Assembly: GCA_943354975.1 (NCBI GenBank)
Contig: CALRDS010000001.1
Location: forward strand, 1-61,373
From: Candidatus Nomurabacteria bacterium
GTDB lineage: Bacteria > Patescibacteriota > Minisyncoccia > Phycocordibacterales > UBA5272
DNA: 61,373 nt
Direction: 5' to 3'
Numbering within the stretch: the stretch's first letter is position 1; each line of letters begins with the position of its first letter. Below the pieces are notes generated by a model. The model was not told the origin of the DNA. It searched no databases and worked only from the letters and a program-made list of their open reading frames with translations. A program made the translations under genes and the position numbers. Below, in pieces: positions 17,488 through 27,370 of this stretch.

Positions 17488-18372
17488 ATGCCTGATAAAT
17501 ACTCTGCAGTGTGGGTATCACATTCTTCTATGGGAGACTTTTTGAAATGTCCTCGCTTATATTATTTACATAACATGTATAAAAGTAAAAAAACTGGACG
17601 AAAGATATCCATTGTAAGCCCACACATGTCGTTAGGTGTCGCAGTCCATGAAGTATTAGAAGGATTGGCGAATTATCCTGCAAATGAAAGATTAGATACT
17701 GATTTGCGTGCGAAGTTTGAAGAAGAGTGGTTAAAAGTATCTGGTAAAAAAGGAGGGTTCACAGATACAGACGAAGAGGATGAGTTTAAAATGCGCGGGA
17801 AAGACATGATAAACAATGTAATAAAAGATCCGAAGTTTTTAGTTAACAAATGTGTAAAACTAAAAAGAGGGGAGATGAACCCAAATTTTTATTTAAGTGA
17901 AGATGACAACATTATCTTAAATGGATTGATTGATTGGCTAGAATATTTACCACTTAGTGACTCGCTTCACATTGTTGACTTTAAAACTGGTAAAAAAGAG
18001 GAATCCGAAGCGTCTCTTCAGCTTCCAATATATTTATTACTTTGTAATGCACTTCAAAAAAGAAAAGTAACTAAGGCAAGTTATTGGTACCTAGAATCTG
18101 GAAATATAGTCGAAAAAGAATTACCGGACGCTGATACTGCCTATAGAGATGTATACACTGTGGCTCGAAAAGTAAAAGACGCTCGTGTGAAAGCAAAACG
18201 TGAAGGGGAGGATTCTGTTTTTGTATGTCCGCAAGGTCCATATAACCCAACAACACTTTCTGGTGGATGTATGTACTGTCGACCGTATGAGTGGATAATA
18301 TCTGAAAGTGATATGGCAGAGCATGTGGGAATTGGTGGATTTAATCAAGATATGTATATAATTAAGAAATAG
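17488..18372 (+). CDS. PD-(D/E)XK nuclease with 1+3 Cys cluster (AddB/Cas4-like)
   Basis: An N-terminal Cys (KCPRLYY), IVDFKTGKK, QLPIYLLL, and C-terminal C-x13-C-x2-C. This arrangement is typical of iron-staple RecB-family nucleases. Confidence 0.8.
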   Translation: MPDKYSAVWVSHSSMGDFLKCPRLYYLHNMYKSKKTGRKISIVSPHMSLGVAVHEVLEGLANYPANERLDTDLRAKFEEEWLKVSGKKGGFTDTDEEDEFKMRGKDMINNVIKDPKFLVNKCVKLKRGEMNPNFYLSEDDNIILNGLIDWLEYLPLSDSLHIVDFKTGKKEESEASLQLPIYLLLCNALQKRKVTKASYWYLESGNIVEKELPDADTAYRDVYTVARKVKDARVKAKREGEDSVFVCPQGPYNPTTLSGGCMYCRPYEWIISESDMAEHVGIGGFNQDMYIIKK

Positions 18373-18375
18373 AAT

Positions 18376-18759
18376 ATGAAAAGAAACAGAAATATATATT
18401 TAGCTGGAATCATAGTTATACTTCTTCTTTTTGTAGTTTATTTTTACAAGTCAGGCACCACACCATCATCACTCAAAAAAGAACCTATTGTTTCCAGTAT
18501 TCCAAGTTATGATGATTTAGATTTCCAAAGATTTGTAAAGGCGAGAATAGAAAAACGCTGTCCATTTTATCAACCAGATGGAGTCACATACAGGCAATGC
18601 TTATCTGATTGGGAAGAAGGTTTAGTAAAAGAAGTTATACCGGAACTGTCGGATGAAGTTCATGCCTACTGCGATACATTCACAAAAAAATATACTGAAC
18701 CACACTCTCTTGAATCAATAGAATTATTTTTAAAATGCTCAATTTATAAATTACAATAA
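18376..18759 (+). CDS. hypothetical membrane-anchored Cys-rich protein
   Basis: N-terminal TM helix and four Cys in the soluble part. No family recognised. Confidence 0.5.
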   Translation: MKRNRNIYLAGIIVILLLFVVYFYKSGTTPSSLKKEPIVSSIPSYDDLDFQRFVKARIEKRCPFYQPDGVTYRQCLSDWEEGLVKEVIPELSDEVHAYCDTFTKKYTEPHSLESIELFLKCSIYKLQ

Positions 18760-18958
18760 TTTGGGCACTAGTCGCAATTTATAAATTTCCCTCATGGGTG
18801 ATTTTTATAAATATCCCATATCTGATATTGGTGTCGTTTGCCACTATTTTACAACTGACCACACTATCCCTAAATCGCTAAATAAGGGGCCTTACAGAGC
18901 AATATATGCCAAATTACAAGGGGCTGAAGAGGTGTTTAGAAAAACTCTATAACTCCAA

Positions 18959-19081
18959 AGTCTTTGTAAATTTGGAGCCAGTTCTAGGCGCGGAGAAACG
19001 AGTGAGGAGACGTACGAAATAGTACGTTAACGAGTGAGAGAGGCTTCGCAACGAAGAAATGGCCCAAATTTACAAAGACTT
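18959..19081 (+). repeat. R element copy a, flanked by perfect 18-bp inverted repeats
   Basis: AAGTCTTTGTAAATTTGG (18959-18976) and CCAAATTTACAAAGACTT (19064-19081). The core at 18984-19058 carries GAGGAG, ACGTAC-GAAATA-GTACGT, and ...CGCAACGAAG. Confidence 0.6.
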
Positions 19082-19117
19082 ACCAAAAGACAATAAATAT
19101 GGTAAAATGTCTAGTAT

Positions 19118-19870
19118 ATGTCAGAAAAGGTATATTTATACGGCAAACATTCTCTACGTGAAGCCCTTATGGCTATTAAGCGCGAAGATCCTCTAATAAT
19201 TGATAAGATTTATTTAACACAATCTGTCGTTACCGATCCAAAAATAGTTAGTCTTTTGCAAAGTAATAAATTTTCTTATTCTACTGTAACAGCAGACGAA
19301 ATTGATAGCATGGTTGGAAAAGATGCAATTCATCAAGGAGTATGTGCACAAATAAAAGAAAGTACTCTTTATACTCCATTAGATAGGGTTTTACAAAAAG
19401 CAAAAAATAAATCTGCTAATTCTCTTTTTGTACTTATGGATGAACTTCAAGACTCACATAATGTCGGCGCCATAATCAGAAGTGCGGTAGCATTCGGAGC
19501 AGATGCAGTTCTCATACCCGAACACAATCAAACCCAAATAACAGCGACAGTTATAAAAACTTCTTCAGGAATGGCTTTTGCTATACCAATAGTAAGAATT
19601 GGAAATATAAATACGACTCTAACTAAACTAAAAGAAAATGGATTCTGGACTTATGGACTAACTGGTGACGGAGATACTAAATTAGATGAAACAAAGTTCG
19701 ACGCGAACACTGTAATAGTGGTCGGTGGAGAAGGTGTAGGAATTCGTGCGAAGACACTTGAGCTATGCGACTTTAAACTTTCAATAAAGATCAACTCACT
19801 TTGTGAATCGCTGAATGCGTCAAATGCAGCCGCCGTGACTCTTTACGAATGGAATAAGCAAAATAACTAA
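19118..19870 (+). CDS. SpoU/TrmH-family RNA 2'-O-methyltransferase (RlmB-like)
   Basis: N-terminal substrate-binding domain, then SHNVGAIIRSA..FG, VVGGEG.G and SLNASNAAAV motifs. Confidence 0.85.
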   Translation: MSEKVYLYGKHSLREALMAIKREDPLIIDKIYLTQSVVTDPKIVSLLQSNKFSYSTVTADEIDSMVGKDAIHQGVCAQIKESTLYTPLDRVLQKAKNKSANSLFVLMDELQDSHNVGAIIRSAVAFGADAVLIPEHNQTQITATVIKTSSGMAFAIPIVRIGNINTTLTKLKENGFWTYGLTGDGDTKLDETKFDANTVIVVGGEGVGIRAKTLELCDFKLSIKINSLCESLNASNAAAVTLYEWNKQNN

Positions 19871-21130
19871 ATGAAACCACCAATTCAAAAAAATGAAATA
19901 TGGGATGTTGTTGTAATTGGTGGAGGTCCCGCCGGTATGATGGCTGCTGGTCGTGCAGGGGAACGTGGAAAGAGAGTTTTGTTACTTGAAAAAAACCCCG
20001 AACTAGGAAAGAAACTTTTAATAACTGGGGGAGGCAGGTGTAATGTTACTAATAACAAACGTGATAATAGAATAATGTTGGCAAAATATAAAGGAAATGA
20101 CCAATACCTTTTTTCTGCATTTGCTCAATGGAATGTAAAAAGTACTATAGAATTTTTCAATAAAAGAGGGATGGAAACAAAAGAGGAAAACGAGGGTAGA
20201 ATATTCCCAGTATCTAATACAGCTCAATCTGTCTGGGATGTTTTACATAAATATATGAAAGAAGGAAATGTAAAAATAGAGAATAATAAAACAGTGTCTG
20301 GGATATCTGAAAGTAAAGATGCTACGCATTTAGTTATAAAGGTAAAAGGTGGAGAAAATATTTTTGCAAAATCATGCATATTAGCAACTGGTGGAACCTC
20401 ACGCCCAGAGACAGGATCTACGGGTGACGGATTTAGATGGTTACAAAAATTAGGTCACACTGTAATAGAAAATGAACCATCTTTAGTGCCAATAGCACTT
20501 AAAGATTTATGGACTAAGAAAATAAGTGGGCTAACACTAAATGATATAAAATTAACAACTTTTCAAAATGAACAAAAACAAGAGGCCCATAAGGGGAAGG
20601 TTCTTTTTACACATTTTGGTATATCCGGTCCGACAGTTTTAAATATGAGCAAAGAAGTTGGAGAGCTTTTGAAATATGGTGATACAAATATTGTGCTTGA
20701 TTTGTTCCCGCATCTTGATTATCCAGAATTAAAGTCTCAACTACAAAGAATACTAATAGAAGAGAGTAATAAAAAAATAAAAAATGCTTTAGGGAGACTT
20801 ATTCCAACTTCACTTGTTTCTTCAATACTAGAGCTTGCTGAAATTAGCGGAGAAACATTTAATCATAGTGTAAAAAGTGAAGATAGAATAAAATTAGTAA
20901 ACACTATGAAAGTAATTACGCTTCATGTAAAAGCACTACTTGGTGTAAATAAAGCGGTTGTATCTTCGGGAGGAGTAGTTCTTAAGGAGGTAAACTTTAA
21001 GAATATGCGGTCACGAAAATTAAAACATTTATATATTGTTGGAGATGTGCTAAATATTGATAGACCCTCAGGTGGTTATAGTCTTCAATTATGTTGGACT
21101 ACTGGATATGTAGCAGGCAATAATGTTTAA
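19871..21130 (+). CDS. HI0933/YhiN-family FAD-dependent oxidoreductase
   Basis: DVVVIGGGPAGMMAA...LLLEKN..LGKKLLITGGGRCNVTN and C-terminal GG.S.Q......G. Confidence 0.85.
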   Translation: MKPPIQKNEIWDVVVIGGGPAGMMAAGRAGERGKRVLLLEKNPELGKKLLITGGGRCNVTNNKRDNRIMLAKYKGNDQYLFSAFAQWNVKSTIEFFNKRGMETKEENEGRIFPVSNTAQSVWDVLHKYMKEGNVKIENNKTVSGISESKDATHLVIKVKGGENIFAKSCILATGGTSRPETGSTGDGFRWLQKLGHTVIENEPSLVPIALKDLWTKKISGLTLNDIKLTTFQNEQKQEAHKGKVLFTHFGISGPTVLNMSKEVGELLKYGDTNIVLDLFPHLDYPELKSQLQRILIEESNKKIKNALGRLIPTSLVSSILELAEISGETFNHSVKSEDRIKLVNTMKVITLHVKALLGVNKAVVSSGGVVLKEVNFKNMRSRKLKHLYIVGDVLNIDRPSGGYSLQLCWTTGYVAGNNV

Positions 21131-21145
21131 CAGTATAATGTATAT

Positions 21146-21787
21146 ATGAATAATATTGGTGGAACCCCGAAAATTCCAGTATCAAAACCTACCCCATGGG
21201 AGAAATTTTATGAGCAAACTGAAGGACATCAGCCTTGGGCACATACCATTAAATCTATAGAACTGGCCCCGGATAAAGACCTAGCAATTGATATTGGTGC
21301 CGGTGCACTTAATGAGTCAAAATATGCTCTTGAAAAAGGGTTCAAGCAAGTTATAGCAATAGATACTTCAAAAAAATTTGTAGAACGTGCTGAACAATTA
21401 GCTTCTTTAGATAAACGATTCGAATGGCACAACATAAAGGCATCAGAGTTTCCAATGTTCCCTGAAAGTATTTCTTACGTAGTCGCGACTAATTCATTTT
21501 CTTTTATGACAAAAGATGAAGTGAAAATAGTCTGGCAAAACATTCGCGAAGGATTAAAAAGCGGGGGGATACTTGCTTGTACTTTTTTTGGAGTTAAAGA
21601 TCAATTTAATATGCCAGAAGATGGGCACACGAGAACTTTTTATACAAGAGAAGAAATCAATGAATTTATAAAAGACTACGAAGTTATTGAAAATACTGAA
21701 CTAAATGGCAATACAGAAAATGTCAAATCTGCTGATGGCACAAAGAAACGCTGGCATATGTTTACTTTAATTTTGAGAAAAAAGTAA
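21146..21787 (+). CDS. class I SAM-dependent methyltransferase
   Basis: Motif I AIDIGAGAL, then the acidic loop VIAIDTS. Confidence 0.8.
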   Translation: MNNIGGTPKIPVSKPTPWEKFYEQTEGHQPWAHTIKSIELAPDKDLAIDIGAGALNESKYALEKGFKQVIAIDTSKKFVERAEQLASLDKRFEWHNIKASEFPMFPESISYVVATNSFSFMTKDEVKIVWQNIREGLKSGGILACTFFGVKDQFNMPEDGHTRTFYTREEINEFIKDYEVIENTELNGNTENVKSADGTKKRWHMFTLILRKK

Positions 21788-22377
21788 TTCTACTTTCTTA
21801 TTTAATATCAGTTACTTACTATAGAAGTCATACTACTAAGAATACCACGTGAAAGCAACTGTAAATTAGGGGGGTTAATTTACAATTTAATCCCAAGATT
21901 TTGCATAGGGGAATAAATAGCACAGATTATAGAGTGCGTGCGGGATTAATGCATTGGTCTATATGTTATGCATATATAAGGAATAGAGGGGCTTTGCTAT
22001 ATATGGTCAATGTCGCACAATATATCTTTTACGACGATAAACCGCTATCCACACTTAGGGGTTTCAAACTACGGTGTCAAGACCTGTGTCAATGGTACTT
22101 AGAAATATAATCCACACAACTGTCACTCTTTAACCTTTAATATCTTTTTATAAAATAGCCGGTGTATTAATAAAAGAAATTGCAAATAAAAAATCATCTT
22201 AAATTAACTAGAAAATATTATAAAACACTAGAAAGATACCCCTCTGTACTCCCCTATTATTTAATTGCAAAAATACCCCAAACTCCAACTATCACACCCA
22301 CAACAAAAGCGGCAAATAAAATTAAGACAAACGCGGCGGTAGTAAATGTAATCATAATAGAAGTATATCAAAATTAA

Positions 22378-23676
22378 TTATAAGTAAGATAGAGGGTTAA
22401 GATATCCTTCACGTGGTGCTAATGGAAGTATCATATAAGTTCTACATATTTTACTTTTGTATTCCGTTGGTCTTGATATATGAACTGCTTCTGTTGCGTA
22501 AACAGTAAAGTGAAGATGTGGCCCTGTAGAGTACCCAGTGTTACCCGAAAGCCCAATTTTTTGTCCAGAAGTAACAGATTGACCCGAAGATACCTGAACC
22601 ACCGAAAGATGAGCATAAAGAGTACTCAACCCATTTGAATGTTTTATAAGGACCCATTTACCATAAGACACGCCGTTACATACAGTGTCTGTATTTCCTG
22701 TACCAGTTACTGTACCTCCGCCAGCAGACAATATAGGAGTCCCAACATTAACCGCAAAGTCTACCCCATTGTGACCAGCGCCATTATAGACTTGAGGATT
22801 TTTACTAGCAAAAGGAGTATTACCGAAATATTGAGTTATCTTTACATTTCCAACAGGATATTTAAGAACTCCTTTTCCAGATTTAGGGAGTTTACTCAAA
22901 TCAACTGCGATTTTAATTTTATCTTCAACTCCAAGGACTTCTTCTTCCAGAGCATTCTTTTTTTCTAATCTATCTGCAAGTAACTTTTGGTATTCGCTTT
23001 CTTTATTTTTTGTTTGTACGAGAAGATTGCTCTTATCTTTTGTAGACTGCTCGACTAATATTTTCTTATCACTTAATGTAGAGGTTAATTTCTCAAGTGT
23101 CTTTTTATTAAATTCAAAATTTTCTTTCTGATCACTTAACTCCTTCTTTGTTATGGAAAGTACTCGAACCTTTATGTTTATTGCTTTTGATGTATCCGTA
23201 TTCCTTTTAAGGGTATCAATAACATCTGAAAAATGAGAACCTGGCTTAAGAACCTGTATGAACAAAGGCACATTTGTGTCTAGATATACAATAGAGCGCA
23301 ATGTTTCAGCTAAGGCTTTTTTATTTTTTGTAAGAATACTTTCTGTAACACTAATTTTCCCTTGTGTAATGCCGATGTTATGAACTGTTTGCTTTATTCT
23401 TAATTTTGTTTTATCAATTTCTTTAATAAGCAAAGCTTTATTAAGTTCGAGTTTCGCCAATGCTGCTTTTAAAGTTTTTGCTTCTCCTTGAGTCTGACTG
23501 ATTTTTGTATTGTATAATCCTATTTCTCTGTCTAAATCATCGATTTTAGTCGACAGCGCATCCAAGTCTGCTTGTAGATCGCTCATCTCATCAGCCTGTA
23601 CTACTACACTATGTAGAAAAATAGAGATTAATATAATAACCAGAATACTTATTTTTTTAAAAGAGCTAGGAGACAT
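22378..23676 (-). CDS. M23 peptidase with N-terminal coiled coil (EnvC-like murein hydrolase)
   Basis: Signal/TM, a long coiled coil, and C-terminal H.GVDF...GTPI.....G.V...YAHL...V..G......IG.SG.TG.STGPHLHF. Confidence 0.85.
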   Translation of the reverse strand: MSPSSFKKISILVIILISIFLHSVVVQADEMSDLQADLDALSTKIDDLDREIGLYNTKISQTQGEAKTLKAALAKLELNKALLIKEIDKTKLRIKQTVHNIGITQGKISVTESILTKNKKALAETLRSIVYLDTNVPLFIQVLKPGSHFSDVIDTLKRNTDTSKAINIKVRVLSITKKELSDQKENFEFNKKTLEKLTSTLSDKKILVEQSTKDKSNLLVQTKNKESEYQKLLADRLEKKNALEEEVLGVEDKIKIAVDLSKLPKSGKGVLKYPVGNVKITQYFGNTPFASKNPQVYNGAGHNGVDFAVNVGTPILSAGGGTVTGTGNTDTVCNGVSYGKWVLIKHSNGLSTLYAHLSVVQVSSGQSVTSGQKIGLSGNTGYSTGPHLHFTVYATEAVHISRPTEYKSKICRTYMILPLAPREGYLNPLSYL

Positions 23677-23687
23677 TTATATTTATA

Positions 23688-25124
23688 TTACGAATCTAGT
23701 ACGCTACAAGCACTATCTATACGATTAATAGCTTCATCTCTACCTAAAACATAGCAAATAGTAAACGGGTCTACTGATTTTTCTTGCCCAGATAATGACA
23801 TACGTAGTGGCCATAATACATTTCCTTTACCATTACTTTCGGCATACGGCATTATAGATTCTTTTATAGATTCAGATGATAAGAAATCAGCTTTAGAAAG
23901 TATTTCTTTTACGGCCTGTAGATGACTAAGTGCCTCTTCCTTTGATGAATCCTTCCAGAGAATTTTCTCAACGTCTAACTTAGGGGTATTTATAAAGAAA
24001 CGAAATTCAATAGGTTCAATGGAATTTAGTTGTCCGTAATTAGAAATACGATCAATAACAGTAGGTAACAATCTATTTAATAAATCATCTGGATAGTCTT
24101 TCATAAATGGTTTAACTGACTGAGATTGTATTTCTTTAGACTGCTTACGAATATGTTCCTTATTTATCCATAAAAGTTTTTCTTCGTTGAACATGGCGCC
24201 GGCTTTATGTATATGAGAAATATCGAACAATTCAATAAATTCCTCTTTTGAGAAAATCTCTTTCTCTCCTCCTGGGTTCCATCCCATTAAAACTAAAAAA
24301 TTAAGCATGGCTTCCGGTAAGAATCCTTCTTCTCTATAATCTAAAATATCTTTAGCTCCATCTCTCTTACCAAGTTTCTTTGTCCCCTCTTCACCCAAAA
24401 TCGGAGGAAGCGTCACAAATATCGGTGGAGTAATCTCAAGCGCATCATATAAAGATAAATACTTTGGCACAGAAGCGATGAATTCATCTGCTCTAACTAT
24501 ATGAGTTACTCCCATCTCTAAATCATCAATAATGTGAGCAAAATTATACGTTGGATAACCATCACTTTTTATTAAAATAAAATCATCCAGTGCTTCTTCT
24601 CCTGCTGATAGTTCACCTCGAACATCATCATTCCACGTATAAGATTTCACAACTGGAACTTTAAGTCGAAGTGGTTTTGTGCCATCCCACACACCGAAAC
24701 TCTCTGGTCTATGTTCACGATATAAAAATGCACGCTTCTCTTCCTCTGCTTTTTTACGAAATACTTTAACTTCATCTTCTGTATATGGATCTGGGTAAGC
24801 AAGGCCTTTCTCAATTAAAATATTTGCATATTTTTTGTAATGAGAAAGTCTTTGTGATTGTACGTATGGAGCATTTGGACCACCAATATCTATTCCTTCA
24901 TCCCACTCTATTCCAAGCCATTTCAAGGATTCTATAATATGAGCAATACTACCTTCTACTTCTCGTGCTTTGTCTGTATCCTCAATTCTAAGAATAAATT
25001 TGCCTTCATTTTTTCTAGCTAGTGCCCAAGCATACAATGCGGTGCGAACTCCACCGACATGAATAAATCCTGTTGGACTTGGTGCAAAACGTGTTACGAT
25101 TTTCTTTTCTATTTGTGTGGACAT
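23688..25124 (-). CDS. gltX: glutamate--tRNA ligase
   Basis: RFAPSPTGFIHVGGVRTALY (HIGH) and KLGKRDG (KMSKS equivalent). Confidence 0.95.
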   Translation of the reverse strand: MSTQIEKKIVTRFAPSPTGFIHVGGVRTALYAWALARKNEGKFILRIEDTDKAREVEGSIAHIIESLKWLGIEWDEGIDIGGPNAPYVQSQRLSHYKKYANILIEKGLAYPDPYTEDEVKVFRKKAEEEKRAFLYREHRPESFGVWDGTKPLRLKVPVVKSYTWNDDVRGELSAGEEALDDFILIKSDGYPTYNFAHIIDDLEMGVTHIVRADEFIASVPKYLSLYDALEITPPIFVTLPPILGEEGTKKLGKRDGAKDILDYREEGFLPEAMLNFLVLMGWNPGGEKEIFSKEEFIELFDISHIHKAGAMFNEEKLLWINKEHIRKQSKEIQSQSVKPFMKDYPDDLLNRLLPTVIDRISNYGQLNSIEPIEFRFFINTPKLDVEKILWKDSSKEEALSHLQAVKEILSKADFLSSESIKESIMPYAESNGKGNVLWPLRMSLSGQEKSVDPFTICYVLGRDEAINRIDSACSVLDS

Positions 25125-25163
25125 ACTTACTTATATAACAAGTGAACTAACTCTTGCGTGACT

Positions 25164-26270
25164 TTATGTGTGGCTTAAACCTATTCTTATAAGCTCTCTA
25201 GCAATAACATCCGCGGCTGTTCTTGAATTTTCAAATTGAATACAAGACTCTGACATCTTCGCATAATTTTCTTTGTTTTCCATTATGCTTTTTATAGCTG
25301 AAAGCAGAGTCGCCTTACCTAGATTGTTTTCTTCTATAACAACGGCAGTCCCTCGACTAGCCATAGCATAAGCATTTGTTCTCTGATCTCTACTTATAGT
25401 TTCAGGAATAGGTATAACTAGCATCGGGAGTTGCCATAAAGCCATTTCAAAAAGTGTTGAACCCGCTCGTGTAATAGTCATATCTACTTTTGAATAAAAT
25501 ATTGAAACATCTATGAATCCATCCATAAAGTAATGATCTTTATACGGATGATTTTTTAATATTGAGTCCGTTATTTTCTTCATGTCCTCTTTGTTTGCGA
25601 CACCCACTTGATGAACAATGTCATAAACACTTAAAAGTTCTGGTAAAACTAAGAGGATAGATTCATTTATTGCTTTACTTCCTTGAGATCCACCGATAAT
25701 CATTATGACATTGCGATCCTTAGCCGGTGGATTACGAACATAGTTACTCGGAGGAATTATTATATCTCTTATAGGTTGACCGATGAGCGCTGTTCTGTCT
25801 CTTGGATAAAATGAAGCTGCTTCTGGATATGCTATAGCTACTTTTTTAGCAAATCCTCCGGCCCATTTGGTTGTACGTCCCGGAACAGTATCACTTTCGT
25901 GTACCACTACAGGAATAGCCAGGATTCTCGCTGCAAATAGTGTAGGGAAACTCGCATAACCACCTTTTGCAAAAACTACATCAGGATAAATAGAATAGAG
26001 TTTTATTATTGCAAAGAAACACCCCGCTATTGTCTTAAATATATCTAAAAATGTTTGGAAAGACGGATACACACGAAGTTTTCCAGCTGGAATATAAACA
26101 AACTTTATTTGAGACTCAAAAAGTAAAGTTTCATTATACGGTTGATCTGAAAAAAAATATAAATCCGGCTGTACAATCTTCTGCGTAAAGACTTCTTTCC
26201 TTATTCTTTCTGCAACGGCAATAAGCGGATAAAAGTGTCCTCCTCCTGCTCCGGTAAAAGCTATTTTCAT
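25164..26270 (-). CDS. murG: UDP-GlcNAc:lipid I GlcNAc transferase MurG
   Basis: GGGHFYP..A.A, GGSQGS, and R.GS.T..E motifs. Overlaps ftsW by 4 nt. Confidence 0.9.
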   Translation of the reverse strand: MKIAFTGAGGGHFYPLIAVAERIRKEVFTQKIVQPDLYFFSDQPYNETLLFESQIKFVYIPAGKLRVYPSFQTFLDIFKTIAGCFFAIIKLYSIYPDVVFAKGGYASFPTLFAARILAIPVVVHESDTVPGRTTKWAGGFAKKVAIAYPEAASFYPRDRTALIGQPIRDIIIPPSNYVRNPPAKDRNVIMIIGGSQGSKAINESILLVLPELLSVYDIVHQVGVANKEDMKKITDSILKNHPYKDHYFMDGFIDVSIFYSKVDMTITRAGSTLFEMALWQLPMLVIPIPETISRDQRTNAYAMASRGTAVVIEENNLGKATLLSAIKSIMENKENYAKMSESCIQFENSRTAADVIARELIRIGLSHT

Positions 26271-27367
26271 ACGTAATTGTATATAGATTTAGATATGTTA
26301 AGAAGGACTCCTAATTCAAACATCGCTGCCATAAGAGCAGTTCCTCCATGAGAAACAAGTGGAAGAGGAACTCCTGTTAACGGAAGAACCCCTAACATTG
26401 AACCAATGTTAAGCGTGGCTTGCGTTAGTATAATTGCCGTTATGCCTATCGCTAAAAGTCGACCAAATTGGTCTGGGGAATACTTCGAGATGTTATATCC
26501 CCGTACACCTACTATAACATACAGAGTAAGGATAAAAAGAACCCCGAGAAAGCCCAGCTCCTCTCCTATAACAGCAAAAATTGAATCCCCTATCGGTTCT
26601 GGTAAATAGTTGAACTTCTGAACACTTTGGCCCAATCCCCTCCCAGTAATACCACCACCACCTAAAGCAATTAAAGATTGGTTAAGTTGCCACGAAGAAC
26701 CTCTTGGGTCATGGGTATTATTAACAAAAGTTTTTATACGTTCCAACATATACGGACGAAAGGTTACTAAAAGTGCAATGCCGCACAGTGCGATTACGGC
26801 TAAAGAAATTATATGATTTTTTCTGGCTCCCCCTACGAAATAAGTTATAGCCGACGCAGTCATAATAACTATATATGTTCCAAAATCAGGTTGTAGTAAA
26901 AGTATCACTGAAATAATTCCGGCAGATACTATGTACGCAAGTACTCCATATCTCCAGTCTTTAAAATAATTACGGTATTTTGAACACCAGAAAGCAACAG
27001 CTAGAACAAAAGTAAACTTAAGTAATTCACTTGGTTGAAAAGATATTGGGCCCAAATCTATCCATCTATGAGCTCCACCATGATACTGGGATAAGCTAGG
27101 AACAAAAACAAGTGCAGTCACCACAGTAGCTATTCCAAAAAAAATAAAAGCGTATTTTTTATACCATCTATACGGAATAAAAGCCCCTACACAAAGCGCA
27201 AAGGTACCTCCGATTAATGCATATATTAATTGTGTTTCTATTATTGAATAAAATTTTGCTTCGTTCACCGCAAGAACACCCAATGCTGCAGAACCAAACA
27301 TAATAAGTCCCGAAATAAGTAAAATAATTATACTGACAAGAAGTGTTTTATCTACTCTTTCAAACAT
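26267..27367 (-). CDS. ftsW: SEDS-family lipid II flippase/polymerase FtsW
   Basis: Ten-TM SEDS pattern (QPSEL.KF, PD.GT, LPE..TDSIFA.IGEELG, P..G.PLP..S.GG). Sits between mraY and murG. Confidence 0.9.
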   Translation of the reverse strand: MFERVDKTLLVSIIILLISGLIMFGSAALGVLAVNEAKFYSIIETQLIYALIGGTFALCVGAFIPYRWYKKYAFIFFGIATVVTALVFVPSLSQYHGGAHRWIDLGPISFQPSELLKFTFVLAVAFWCSKYRNYFKDWRYGVLAYIVSAGIISVILLLQPDFGTYIVIMTASAITYFVGGARKNHIISLAVIALCGIALLVTFRPYMLERIKTFVNNTHDPRGSSWQLNQSLIALGGGGITGRGLGQSVQKFNYLPEPIGDSIFAVIGEELGFLGVLFILTLYVIVGVRGYNISKYSPDQFGRLLAIGITAIILTQATLNIGSMLGVLPLTGVPLPLVSHGGTALMAAMFELGVLLNISKSIYNYV

Positions 27368-27370
27368 ATC

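Noticed and set aside
21788-22377. Replication origin (oriC) in the AT-rich gap
   Set aside because: There are only two imperfect DnaA boxes and no dnaA/dnaN neighbourhood. Other isolated boxes occur elsewhere in the window (782-799, 8445-8453, 59826-59834). The evidence is insufficient without GC-skew data.
21901-22377. ORFs 21901-22110 (69 aa) and 22180-22377 (65 aa)
   Set aside because: They have odd composition and no promoter or RBS context, and they lie in the low-complexity gap. They were treated as non-coding.
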